Of a DNA stretch of 64,000 nucleotides, positions 37,174 through 51,074 are shown piece by piece. Each line of letters opens with the position of its first letter. Within the stretch, counting starts at the first letter, position 1. A program made the position numbers and the translations under genes. Source of the DNA: Nageia nagi (Eukaryota; Plantae; Pinophyta); assembly GCA_050084985.1 (NCBI GenBank), contig JBITNC010000001.1, forward strand, positions 112,220,001 through 112,284,000, written 5' to 3'. The notes below the pieces were generated by a model that was given only the letters and a program-made list of their open reading frames with translations, made no database searches and was not told the DNA's origin.

Positions 37174-37762
37174 TGATGCACCTTATCAGGACTAAAATCT
37201 GGGGTCGCTTGCTAGGGTCATAACTTTTGATCTGCATGCTTGTTGGGACACATTGCTTTTCAAATCATCTAGAATTGAATTCTCTATGCATTTGCAAGGC
37301 TTTCTTTGAGAGCATTTGATTTTTTGGATCCATTTTTAAGACTAGAGACTTAATTTTAGACCCCAAGTTTAGCATGCAAATTTATTTCTCAATTTTTGAA
37401 AGTGTTAGTTTTTTAATAGTTTTTAATAAGATTATCAATTCAATGATTTTATTTTAGAAAAGATGTAGTTCCAGTTTAGAACTAATTCAAGGTATTTTGT
37501 AACCTTCCTAAATATAGTAGGTGGTTTTTCTAAGTGCAATGGTAAAATTACTATTTTTAGTATGTTTTGTTAGGTAGGATTGGAGATGGAATTTGGGATA
37601 AATATCTTGTAATCCTCGTGGAGGATGTAGTGTCAATTAGGAATAATAGAAGATTGCATTATTGGTAAAATCTGTTGTTCTTGGTAATTTTTTATGTTGA
37701 ATTATAAAACTAAAATTACATCTTTGAGTCCATTATTGGTCTCTTGTAGTGAATCTACATCA
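37174..37762 (+). repeat. 5' LTR of the Gypsy element
   Basis: TG..CA termini with a 5-bp terminal inverted repeat; homologous to 42069-42508. Confidence 0.9.
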
Positions 37763-37764
37763 TT

Positions 37765-37776
37765 TGGTGTTAGAGT
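37765..37776 (+). other. Primer-binding site (tRNA-iMet type, degenerate)
   Basis: TGGTGTTAGAGT versus canonical TGGTATCAGAGC, 2 nt after the LTR end. Confidence 0.75.
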
Positions 37777-40700
37777 GGTTGTGATCTCGCTTGGGGAGAT
37801 GTCACCTAGAAGAGCCTAAGAGGGTGTTATGCCTAGATGAATGGGCAAATTGAGTAGCCTTGTTGAGGTAAAAAAGGTAAAGCTTCCATGCAAAAAGTTG
37901 AAGGGATATGCATTAATCTAATATAATCATCTATAGACTAAATGTCAAAGGAAAGGAAAGGACAAGATTAGATCTTGGAAAAAGATGAAGAAGGAGTTGC
38001 AAACTAAATTCATTCTTACATAATACTCCTAAATTTTCTTTTGTAGATTTCAAAATTTTTTATAGAAAGAACAAAGTATTGAAGACTACACAAATGTGTT
38101 CTACAAGTTATCCATTTGAGTGGAGCATAATGAAATACAGGAACAAAGGGTGATAAGGTATGTGAATGGCATTAGTTTCCCTATTTAAGATGAGATAAGT
38201 ATGCATGATATCCTTACTATAGAAATGCACACTATATGGCCCTAAAAGATTAGGAGAAACTTAAGGGAATTAATAAAGGGAGTAAAGGGGGAGGAACACC
38301 CTCATCCAATCAAGGGGCAAGGTTGATATAGCTTTTTCAAGGGAGAATCTTTGACCCATAACAAGCAAGAGGATCAGGTTGGACATGCTCAAGTGCCTCT
38401 TAAAGGGGAAGAGGATATTCGAGAGGTAGAGGTAGTTAGGGAGGTAGGAATAAAAATAAATTAAGGAATTCATTCATTTGTAATAGATATGATCAGGAAG
38501 GATATAAAGCATCAAAGTGCCCTCAATAGGATGCTTACAAAAGGGGTCCAAATAGAGTTGCTCTAGTTAAGGAAGAGGAGGACACTAAAATAGAAGTTAT
38601 GATAGATATTGGGAAAACCCTCATGCTAAGGAGAGTAATGATTTTCCTAAAGAAGAATAGCATATAGATAGATGAAGTTGGATATTCATCGTTATGTATA
38701 AATATCTTTCGCACAAGGTGCACCTCTAAAGGAAAGGTATGTAATGTGATCATAGATGGAGGTAGTTGTAAAAATTTGGTCTCTAAAGTTATGCTTGATA
38801 AACTAAATCTAAATTGTGAGAAGCATCCTAATCCCTATCATATTACATGATTTAAGAAAGAGAGGTGCTTATTGATAAGAGGTGTTTGATAAGTTTCTCA
38901 ATATGGAATACTTATCAAGATGAAGTATGGTGTGATGTGATTCCAATTAATGCATGCAACATATTACTTGGGAGGCCATGGTAGTGTGATAGGATGACTC
39001 TCCATGATGGGGGAAATAATGCCTACACATTTTGGAAGGATGGTATAAAGGTAATACTTTTACCACATAAAGAAGAAGTATGAGTTCAAAGTTTATTGAT
39101 AGGAAAGAAATTCATCATAGAACTATGGGAGGTTGGTTGGTGCTATGCTTTAAGTGTAAAATAAGTAGAGATAGAAAAGGTTCCTATAAAACATGTGATC
39201 TTAAAATTATTGTAAGAGTATCCAAATATCATACATGAAGAGCTACTGGTAGGACTACCACCCAAGAGAGATGTACAACATCACATTGATCTAATTCCTA
39301 TATCATCTCTTACAAATCAAGTAGCCTATAGACTAAGCCCAACACAAAATACTGAGTTAAGTAAGTAGGTAAAGGAATTGATGAAGAAAGGTTTGGTCAA
39401 AAAGAGTACGAGTCTTTGTGCAACCCCTTCACTGTTAACTCCTAAGAAAGATGGTCCTAGTGGATGTGTGTAGATAGTAGAGCCATAAACAAGATCATCA
39501 CCAGGTATAAGTTTTCAATACCTTGAGTAGATAATATGATGGATGTCTTGGTAGTGGATACCTACTTTTGTAAAATTTATCTTTGAAGTAGCTACTACTA
39601 GATCAAGATCGTGGAAGGTGATGAATGGAAGATAACTTTCAAAACCAGAGATGGGTTATATGAATGGATGGTGATGCCATTTGAAGTATCAAATGTATCG
39701 AGTACCTTTATGTAGCTAATGAATAGGATACTCTAAGAATAAAATGGTAGGTTTATGGTAGAGTATTTTGATGATATCCCAATTTTTAGTAAGAGCGAGA
39801 TAGATCACTTATATCAATTGAGGCTAGTATTAGATCTATTAAGAAAGGATAAATTGTATGTGAACATCAAGAAATGTAGATTTCTTCAAGAGAGTTTGGT
39901 ATTTTTGGAATTTATGGTTTCTAAAAAAGGTCTCAAGATGGAAGAAGAAAAGGTATAGGCAATTGTTGAATGGCCTCACCCAAGAAGCATCACTAAGGTT
40001 AGAATTTTCCATGGCTTGGTGATGTTTTATAGAAAGTTCATTAGGAACTTTAGTAGCCTTGTGGCCTCTTTTATAGAATATATGAAAGGGAGGGAATTCT
40101 CATGGAAAAAACCAACATAGGAGAGTTTTGAACTCCTAAAGAAGAAAATAACAATGACACTTATTTTAGTGTTACCTAAATTCATAAAACTATTTGAGGT
40201 TGATTGTGATGTTTCTCATACTAGAACTAGAGTTATGTTGAGCCAATAGGGACATCCTGTTGCATTCTTTAATGAAAAATTGAATGAAATAAGAAGGAAA
40301 TACTCCACTTATGATGTTGAATTCTATACTATTATTCAAGCATTGAGATATTAACATCACTACTTACTATCTAAAGAGTATGTAGTCTTCACTGATCATG
40401 AAGCATTGAGGTATGTTAATTCTCAAAACAAATTAAATAATAGGCACCTAAAGTAGGTGTCCTTCCTTGAAGAATATGTATTCATTTAAAAAATAAATTA
40501 TGGAAGAAAATAAAGTTGTAGATGCATTAAGTAGGAGAACATTATTGGTAACTACCATGGAGAATGTAGTAGTCAAGTTTGAGAGTATCAAATGTATGTA
40601 TGAAGATGATATTCACTTTGCACATGTTGTGTAACAGTTTAAAAACATAATCATGGGTGAATTTGGTCCTATTTTTGTAGAATATGTTATGCAATATGGG

Positions 40701-42068
40701 TATTTATTTTAGGGTACACAACTATGTATTCTAGTTGGTTTTATGAAGGAAAATCTCATGCAAGAGCTGCATAGTGGGGATCTAGCTAGGTATGTTTTAG
40801 TAGGAAAAACACTTGTACTTGTTATAGAAAAGTATTTTTGGCCAAATTTGAGGAGGGATGTTACCATAGTTTTTGAGTTGATGTAGGGTATATAAAATAA
40901 TTAAAGGCAAGACCTAAAATACTAGTTTCTATATGCCTTTACTAATCCCTACTAGACTTTGGGTAGTTCAGAGCATGGATTTTATTTTGGTATTACCACA
41001 AACTTAATGAGGTAAGGATTCTATCTTTATTATTGTTGATAGGTTCTCTAATATGGCCCATTTTATTGCCTATACAAAGATCAAATATGCCACTAGTGTT
41101 CCAATGTTATTCTTTGATGAAATTGTAAGGTTGCATGGAGTCCCAAAATCTATCACCTCATATTGTGTCAAGTTTTTGAACCACTTTTGGAGGACTCTAT
41201 GGAAGAAATTGGACACATAGTTATAGTTTTGTAGTGTATATCACCCAAAAATTGATAGGAAAATAGAGTTTATCAATCATAACTTTGATAATCTCTTACA
41301 GTGCATTATTGTACCAAAGTAAAAGCAATGGGATTGAGCCTTAGAATAAGTAGAGTTTGCATATAATAGTTTAGTTAAGTGATCAATTTGGAGGTCACCA
41401 TTATAGATTGTTTATCATTAAAATCCCAAACATATTCTAGAATTGGCTAAATTAACACTAATCAAAAATGTTAGTGATGATGTGGAGGTGTTTACTAAAC
41501 ATACACAATAGTTGTAGGAAGAGGTTGAAGTGTAATTACAAGAGAACAATGCCAAATATAAAGCAAAAGTAGATTTATATAGAAGATTGAAGATACTACA
41601 AGAAGGTGATTTAGTGATGGTCCACCTTCATAAATAAAGGTTTCCTAAAGGCACCTATAATAAGTTGAAGATAAATAAGATTGGACCTTGCAAGAACTTG
41701 GAAAAGAGGAATGATAGTGCATATAAGGTGGAGTTTTTATAGGACATAGATATTTCACCTATTTTCAATGTTTATGATTTATATAGATTCCATAGAGACA
41801 TTCATGAGGCTAAGGTAGAAGATCACATGAATTGGGAACAACAACTTCCCTAAAAAAGGAAGGAACACATCATATAGATCCTTGATTAGAAGGTAATCTC
41901 CACTACACATGGTTGGAATCCCAAGTACTTGGTACAATAGGAAGTATTATTTACAACAAAAAATAATTGGATTTCCAAAGGGGAGTTAAATAAGCTTAAT
42001 ACTGAGAAGCTCTAAGAATTCCATCAACTAAACTTGTAGGAGCTGAGTTCTCTTCAACCAAAGGATAA

Positions 42069-42712
42069 TGATGCATTTTATTAGGATTAAAATTTTGGGT
42101 CACCTTATTAGGATTGTAACTTTTGATCTAGGTGCCTATTAGGGACTATTTATTTTTTAAATATTCCAGAATTGTTCTCTATACATTACAAAGGCTCTCC
42201 TTAAGATCCTTGGATTTTTTGGACCACTTTTTGGGACCTAAAGACTTCATCTTGGACCCTAAATTTAGCATGCAAATTTATTTCCCAATTTTTGAAAGTG
42301 TTAGTTTTTAAATAGTTTTTAAATAGACTATCAGTTAAGTGATGTTATTTTAGAAAAGGTGTAGTTATTATGTAATGAATGCATGATTCTAGTTCAAAAC
42401 TTATCTAAGCTATTTTGTAGTCTTTCTAAAAATAGTAGGTGGATTTTTCTAGGTCTAATAAAAACTTACAATTTTTAGTAAGTTTTGTTAGGTAGGATTG
42501 TAGGTGGAGGAAAAAAGGTGAAGCTTACATGCACAAAGTTGAAGTAACATGTATTAATCTTGTGGTATGATCTACAAACTTAACATTAGAAGAAAGGAAA
42601 GGAGAAGATTAGATCTTAGAAAAAGTTGTAGATTAAATTCATTCCTGCAAACTACTCCCAAATTTTTTTTATAGATTTCAAAATCTTTGACAGAAACAAC
42701 AAAGTAATGAAT
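42069..42712 (+). mobile_element. Second LTR (U5 end missing) fused to a second gag fragment
   Basis: LTR homology ends near 42508; 42504-42712 matches gag at ~37862-38085. Confidence 0.8.
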
Positions 42713-42714
42713 AC

Positions 42715-43216
42715 CAACATTGGACTCAAGGGGTAATTTTAGTTTGTTACTTCCATAGAAAATAAATTACCATGAATAAATAATTTTGCCAAATAATGTA
42801 ATTTTCCTTATTTTTGAATCTACATTACCTCCACCAAGATGATTACAATACATTTATATCAAACCCCACCTCCAATTCTACCTAATAGAACTTACTAAAA
42901 ATAGTAAGATTTTATTGCACCTAGAAAATTTAGTTTAATATTTTTAGAAAAGGCTATAAAATAGCTTTTGATGAGTTTTGAACTAGAATCATGCATCTAT
43001 TATACATTAATTATTTCTTTTCAAAAATAACATCATTGATCAGATACCCTTATTAAAAACTATTAAAAAACTAACACTTTCAAAAATTAGGAAATAACTT
43101 CTAAGGCTCTCTATGATAGCCTTGCCATGCTGTAGAGAATTCGATTCTAGGTGATTTGATAAAATTTATGCCCTTGGCAAGGTGATCTAAAATGTTAGAC
43201 CTAGTTGAGTGCATCA
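42715..43216 (-). repeat. Inverted LTR copy of the same Gypsy family
   Basis: Reverse complement matches 37174-~37740 with deletions; ends GTGCATCA, the reverse complement of TGATGCAC. Confidence 0.85.
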
Positions 43217-45291
43217 ATAACTCCGATGGTGAGTTTATAATCCAAAAAATTACTTCAACTTCTCATATACTAGTTTGGAAAATAAATGTTGATACTAGGG
43301 AACTTGCATTAAAAGATGAATAAAGCATAATAAAAAAATTATTACAATCATAATAAGTTAAGATCTTAAAATATGAAGTCAAAATACTCTTGTATCCCTA
43401 TCATTGATACTATACCTAGCATTACCAATACTGAACAATATATTTCTACTAGGTCTAAGTCAATTTGATCTTCCCAAGGTTGGTCTTAAGTCACGTCAAT
43501 AAGTAGGAGATTGATTCATAGCCCAGAACATGTCATATCAATTGTAAGATGATCCTAGATGATGTTAACATCTCTTTCAACTACCTATTGAATTATTGAT
43601 ATCCTTTTTTTCTTATTTTTTTCATTGCGAATTAAAATATGAAAATCTTTTAATGAAAATTTATATAACACCCATGATCTTCATATGATGCAATATTTTT
43701 CACATTATAATACATATTTATTGAATAAGAAATTGATGTACTAGGCTAGTATAAAAATCGATGCTAGAAATTATATCTTAAAATATTTAACATTTAAAAA
43801 TGCTAAATTGGAACAACTTTGTATATTGAAGTATCTAAATTTATTGATTATTCTAAATTTAAAGTGATATTTAATAAATTTAGGTTTCAAATATTCCAAA
43901 AGGTATCGTATTATTTTAGTTTTCCTAAACAATTTCTCTAATATGATATATTCTATTTGTTCTAGATTCAAAATAAGTATCATTGATATTACAAAATTTT
44001 TTATGAAGTAGTTATGTTGTATATCATGGTTTGGAAAATCAACCTATGTAAAGTAAAGGTAAAGGTGAAAGCAAAGGTAAACTAGTTATTACAACCTTAT
44101 GCAATGTGTATGATGTAGATCAATAATTGTACTTTCTAATTTTAAGGGTTATTTGTTTATTAAAAAAGATAACATAATGAAAACATTTAATTAATATGTA
44201 TTTAATTAATAAATAAATAATTTTCCATTAAGACATTCAAAAATTCAATTATTTTCTAATAGGGAAACAAAAATTAGGTACCTTGGAAGCAATTGAGTTG
44301 AAATATTTATCTTGGAAATCATTTTCTCTTACCCCAACTTGATATTTTCATCCTAAGAAATTTCCCCTCCTCCTATTCATCTTCAAAAACCCTTATGGTA
44401 GGTCAGCATGAGAGGTTTCTCTTCTGCTAGACATACCAACATTGTGGAGTTGTGGAGTGGCCCAATGGTATTGTTATCTCTAAAATGCACACAACTAGCT
44501 ATAGATTCTAAGATATCTTAAAAAAGAAGAAAATAGAAACTAGAAAGTAAAACTATTTAGAGAATAAGGCACCCCTACTAATATTATTATACTCTTCTAT
44601 ACAAGGTAATTTAGAAAGCAGATGGAAAGAGAGATGGGTGTTGGGATTAGAAATGGTAAGAGGAAAGTTAAATAGTATATGTAGAAGTGGTGTGATACAG
44701 TGGTTAATATGTTGATCATGATGGCTAGAGGAGTGCCATGTTCATAAAGGCTTTTTTTTACATCTCATGGATTTTACTATTGATGTAGAAGTGAAAGACA
44801 TCACACTATTCCATAGCTTAATTATTAAGGGAAGCTATGTTGCATCTCATCCAATTTGTACTTACATGTTTTAAGGTTCCAATGACAAAAAGTGGCTGAT
44901 AGTAGTATTAATTATGGTTTGAAATTGAGAAACCTACACTACATGAAGAACTTTTACATTTGTCACTCCCTTTAGTAATCTTAATAAAACTAAGAGCAAG
45001 GTACACATCAAAGTTGTTCTACTCTCTTTATGTAAAAGTACCACATTATTGTAAGCCTACTAAAATAATTTATTATTTAGGTAATATTCTCTATTTACAT
45101 CAAATATTTCTCCTTTTATTTTTATGATTCACTTATTTCCTTCTCGAACTCTTTACTCTACGATGGCAAATAATTCCTAAAAAAATGACATTCATAATCA
45201 ACAACATTGTATATTTGTACAAATATTTAGTAACAACACCTTTTGAAAAATGAAATGATGGAATGATGAAATCTATATCCATTAATTTGCA

Positions 45292-46400
45292 TCACCAATA
45301 GTCCCCATAAGAATATTCTCCATGTTTGAAATAAAGAAATTGATTTGCATCCCTCGTAGTAATGTTCCTTACCATAGTTCTAGGGATAAACTTGGTCGCA
45401 AAACTATAGTCATCACATAGTCAAAGATTCTTCATAACCTTAGTAACATTTCAAATAGAATATTTAATAACCTAAATGCAATTACCAATTTTTCTAAATG
45501 ATTCTTTATCTTCATCTTTCATATGTTCAATGTAGGTATTGTATTTTGAAATATAATATGCTACCTTCATCTTACTTGATAGTTCTTTTCAATTCACCAT
45601 AGATCTCATGTGTTAAATATATCTTCTAAAATAAAAGCATGCATACTCTATCAACTTCAATCTAAATACATCCAAGAATCTTCTTTTTTCCTCTATCTTT
45701 TATCGATGTACTTACTCAGAACATCATCCTTGCTACCTAATTTAGAAAAAATATTTGAAAGGAGAGCATATGATGGAGTATATTTAGTCTTTATTAAAAA
45801 TAATTGTTAACATATAATCCCTACTCCTACATTCATCAATACTATACATGTACCTAGAATAATTCATTGCGCACCCAATTTGGTGCATCTAAATAGCAAA
45901 AGGCAATCAACAATACATGCAAAATAATCTACCTAGGACTAATTATAATAAGACTTGCTACATTACCCATCTACTAATCCTTCTTAACTATTTGTAAGTA
46001 TAATACATAAACATATTATGCTTTTTGCATGACTATTTTCAACCACTTTTTGAGAGATTTCAACACCTTCTTCTAGAATTCCCATCATGGAGTATGCTGA
46101 TAGGATACAACAAAGGTTACAGGATTGGGATTTACTCTTGAAAATTTCACCTACATAAAATTCTCTCATGTTATCCATATTTTTTATTGCTATGCATCAT
46201 GAGGTTGTAACTATTACATGCATCTTATCAAATAACTCACATGCATTCTCTATCTTTCACATGTTGTATACACTTTGACTAGTGTATTCACCATTACAAA
46301 ATCTAATCTTCTTTTAAAGATCCATTAGAGTGGACTTTGATGGTGTTGGGAAAGGTGGACAAGAGATTCTCCAACAACCCAAGTACAATGATAACTATCC
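45292..46400 (-). pseudogene. PLS-class PPR-E-DYW pseudogene, copy 1
   Basis: VNTLVKVYTTC-KIENACELFDKMH; NPNPVTF..ILSAYSMMGILEEGVEISQKVVE; EGLVDG..VDYFACIVD; YALLSNIF..KDRGKKKILGC; HLEKLVIAFRLLN..KVMKNL*LCDDY..ATKFI..RDANQF..FKHGEYSYGDYW* (stop at 45292-45294). Confidence 0.88.
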
Positions 46401-47090
46401 ATGTTACTAAAAAAGTAGCCATCCTAAACCCCCACATAAAGATAATAGACACATGATGTAATAAATTGATGCTCCAAAGAATTTTCAACATAAGAAATGG
46501 TGCAAAAATGATTAACAATATTTGATTCAAAATTATACATTTTTCATCTCTAAAGAAAATATCTATGATGTAAATATAACTCTCCTATGTGCTTAATCAA
46601 CTATCATTATCAAATATAACTAACTTGTATTCCAAAAGAATGCTCACACATATACAAAGGAAGCATAAACATATACCTTGTGTATAGAAAATTAAACATC
46701 AGTATAGTAAAATTAATTAAACAACTTATGTGCAAACAAAAAATATCAACAAGTTAAAAATAAAAAGTAAAAGATAAGTAATATAGAATTATATAGAAGA
46801 AATCTTACATCAAATTTTGATTGAATACAAAACATGGAAAATATATTCTAATCCATGTAAATGCTTTTGAAGTAAACACATGTATACTTTGATTTTTTAT
46901 GATAAAATAATAGTTATTTCTTTTTAGCACAAACTTACTATGTCTATAACTCATAAGAAACATGTGGGCTTGTAACTAGCAATGAGCTAAAGCAAAATAT
47001 GAATACATCATGGCAAGAAGAGCGAGAGGAGAGACTATGGTATAAAGATTTAGGAAGGTTTATGAGTGGATATGAAATAATTACAAACCA

Positions 47091-47172
47091 ATATTTTCCA
47101 TTACCTCTCTCATTATTTAAAAATTTAAGTTATATTTTCCCTTACCTCTCTCATTATTTAAAAATTTAAGTT
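47091..47172. repeat. 41-bp tandem duplication
   Basis: ATATTTTCC(A/C)TTACCTCTCTCATTATTTAAAAATTTAAGTT twice; single copy at the homologous site ~60298. Confidence 0.9.
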
Positions 47173-47966
47173 GTTATTCATAGCATTGGTAGATTCTCTA
47201 CTCCTATTTTCATCTAGCTAGTGGTTCCATCACATTTCTATTAGGGAGTTACAACTATAGAATGTTGGTCATTATATTTTAGGAAGAATAACTTTGTAAG
47301 GTAGATAATAGGTGTTGAAGATATATGAAAACACTAAAGCAGCTACTCTTCTCTAGGTTGGAATGTAAGATTAATCACCTAATAATATACACCATCTACT
47401 TACCAACAAGAATACAATCTATATTGAGCTAAGACCATTTCATTCCTAAATCAACAATTGAAGTGTTACTTATGTGATTCTCAAATAAATGATATTTATG
47501 GGTTGTAAAAGTATTTATAAGAGACAAGAAGCAAATGGAAGATCCACAATGTTGGTGGTTTAGAATTTGAGCATGATGGAGGCCATGTAGACATGGGCAC
47601 CCTCTTCCACATATTATGACATGAAATCTCTACATTTGGAGATGCTAGGAAGAGAACCTTCCTAAGTGCAATGGAAGTGCCCTATCTAGGACATCGACCT
47701 TGCTAATCACCCATTGACCCTACCTAGGTAAGTATACTTTCATGCTTCTCCTCCCATCCCATTTATCCTTTATCCTCTTTCCCTCTCCCTTGGCACTTTT
47801 ACATGTGCTATCATCATGCAACCTTATTTTCCATGTAAGCATGCATGAATAATTCATACCTTCCCAGTAGATTCTTCAATGGTACCATCCCATTTAATCT
47901 TATGTTAAGTTTTTGATATGATATCTTTAACAAAATTCATATTTCATACCATGCATTCCTTTTATA

Positions 47967-47968
<2 letters not shown>

Positions 47969-48000
<32 letters not shown>
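47969..48000. repeat. (AT)16 microsatellite
   Basis: Seen directly. Confidence 0.95.
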
Positions 48001-48002
<2 letters not shown>

Positions 48003-51000
48003 AGGATAAACCTTAAGAATCAATGCTTCATAATAAATGATAACTTACAATCATTCATATTTTTTTAGGATAGAGAGTATTAAGAACATATAACTAAGTT
48101 TTTTTTGTTAATTCAAGGTGTTGTAGGATATCCTAGATTCAAAGGTATATAAAAGTATAATATAACACCTCAACTAGATAAGGGTGTGTAGGAATTGAAT
48201 TATATTATAATCCTATATTGAGTTTCTCCTTAGAGAATAATTAATCATCCATATACATGTTATTTTTATCACATATCGTAATATAGTTTTTAAAAAGATC
48301 TAAACTACATTGTATGTTTAGTATTTATGTGCAATCATATTGTAATATGTATATTTAAAAATATCTATATTTAGCTTGAGATAGTTAATATGAAAATTAC
48401 GCTTAATTAACTATTTCAATATTTTTTTATAAAAATCTAATAATACATTATCATATTAATAATATAATATTTATGTATTATGACATTTTATCATTTATTA
48501 CAAGTAGTATTTTTATTTTTCTTTATGCATATCTTAGTAGTCATATCATGGTAAAATGATGAAAACTAAAAAATCTCATATAATTAACATAATTACTACC
48601 TTCTCAAATTGATATATTAACCAAAAATATGATATTTATTTCACATATCTCACATAATAACAAGGTTGTCATTCTTAAATTACTAATATCCCTCCATACA
48701 ATGCTATTCAAGGGTGTAAATGAAAAATGGATGACCTATTATAATATGAAAAGATTCGATTATATTTTAATAAATTAATTGTAGTTATCCTACTTTTATA
48801 TGGTCATACTAATCATCTTGTTTATTATAATATTATATTGTAATATTTGTTTCTAATTATAATCTATCTTCTATACTATATAGGTAACATTATTCTCATA
48901 TATTATTATTTTATATCTTAAGTATACTTCAAAATATATTACAAGCCATATTAATAAATATAGATATGGAATTTAAACTTATTAAATATAAAAATTTATT
49001 ATCAAGAGAAGTATATTATCAAATGCAATTTTTTCACTTTGTGCATACATTATGAAAATAAATATCTTTTGAGAAATTCATCTCTTTCTATCAACATGAG
49101 TTAAATTATGTGTTATGAATGTCATGGAGAACTAAAACTAAAATATTTGAATGTCTTCATTGTAAACATTGATTTATTAAGAATTGTATTAAGAGATTAT
49201 ATGATTTCTAAAGTTCATTAGTTTATATTTAAATCTTATTTTACATATTTTTATAGGTTATTCTATTCTAATTAATAAATAATCATCAAAGCATTCTAAA
49301 AATATTAATAATTATATAGACTAAAAAAATTAAATCTTTTGTAATGAAAAATATCAATTAGAAAATTTAATTACCTAGATAATTATAATAACCAAACATA
49401 GTACTTTATGATTATATTGTACTATATTTTTTAGTTTTGTTGTTAGTTTGATAAAGTTAGTATGAATTTTATACATTTTTCTTTTCCATATCAATTATAC
49501 CTGAAGAAATGTGACATTATATTCTTGCACAATCCTCTAAATTTTGCAACTCATAATGAAATAGTTAAGAATCCATAATATTATAATAAACTTTCATTTC
49601 ATAAATATTTAACTATATATTTGTTTGCTATAAATTTTATCTATGATTTAAAAAATAAATACGTATATGTAATCTCTAAAAAATACTAAATATATATTAT
49701 TTATTAATTATTCAAGATCTTATAAATTTTTTATGTATAATCTTAACAATTTACATGATAATAAAATAAATAAATAATAATAATAATACAAGCATTATAA
49801 TCAAAAACTAATTGTGAAAAAATAGTTTGATTTGTAGAGAGAATTTGAAAAGTAAATAAAAAACTATATCATTATGCACATATCAATAATTTTTTACTTT
49901 CAAAAGTATCAAATAATAACAATTGTTGATAAGTTATAAGTTAATAGTTATAATAGTAAGATATAAGTATTTAGTATTAGTAAAAATATTTCATTAAATA
50001 TAATTTTTCTAAATTGACATAAATATAATCTTCTTGTAATCATAAGACATTAATTATGTGTTTGCACCTATAGGAAATGTAATCTAATAAAATATTTTTT
50101 GAAATTCTTCATAAAAAAGAATATTAGATTAAGTCATATAAAAATTAAAGTAAATAATAAGATAAATGTTGCTCTACACTTTTTTAGATATATCATTAAA
50201 ATTCAAATGGAAAATGTCATGTTCAATTCAATTAAAAATATTACATACAATAATTACAAATGAAATTAAAGAATAATATCCTAACTGAAACTATTAATAA
50301 AAATAAGATCATATCTATTTCAAAGTATGATATTGAACTATCATTTTTTAAAAGATCATATTTATAAATAATAACACTTGTTATTATGGTAAATTTATTT
50401 TTATTACTATTTAATTTATTAAATATTTGTTATAAAGTTTTTATATAAGATAATACTTCTTATTCATCAATTAAATGATTAGTTAAAAGATGTTGTCTGA
50501 TAATACGTAATATTAGTATATAATGATAGCACATGTACCATGTAAACCAATAAAAAAAAAAAATTCAAAGGCTAAAATCTATTTTATGGTAAACCTACTC
50601 TCTAGTAAATTCTCAATTGTCGATTTTAAAATGAGCTGCCAAAATTGAAAAGAGGATGCCTACCGCCTAAATTTACATCCAAATAAGTCAAACAATTTTT
50701 TTCATAATATTTTATTTCTTTCATGGGCTCTACATGATGTTGGCAGCCTATTTTATTTTTGAAAAATAAATAATCTCAATCTAATAATAAATCCTTTTCT
50801 CACGAACATCTATTCAAACTCAGGCTAAATACAATCAACCAATTCAACTATGCGTATAACCTAAAATAAGAAATATATATTTATATAAGAAATGAAAGGT
50901 AAGCAAACGAGAATCAATATTATATTTTTTTCTATAAAACTTATATCATTTTGTATAATATTCATATTTTAAACCATCATATCCCTTTTAGTTAAATGAT

Positions 51001-51074
51001 TCAAGAATTCTTATCTTTTGAATTAGAAAGAACTTCAAATTCCTATGGGATATGAATTTAGATTTATAATATAC

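Larger units (their letters stand above)
37174..42508 (+). mobile_element. Ty3/Gypsy chromovirus (CRM-like) LTR retrotransposon, degenerate
   Basis: 5' LTR 37174-37762 (TGATG..CATCA) and PBS. Gag with knuckle CNRYDQEGYKASKCP. Protease [45 protein letters not shown]. RNase H FEVDCDVS. Integrase [16 protein letters not shown]. Chromodomain-like YLVQ*..NNWI. Ends LSSLQPKDNDA running into a second LTR at 42069. Confidence 0.93.
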
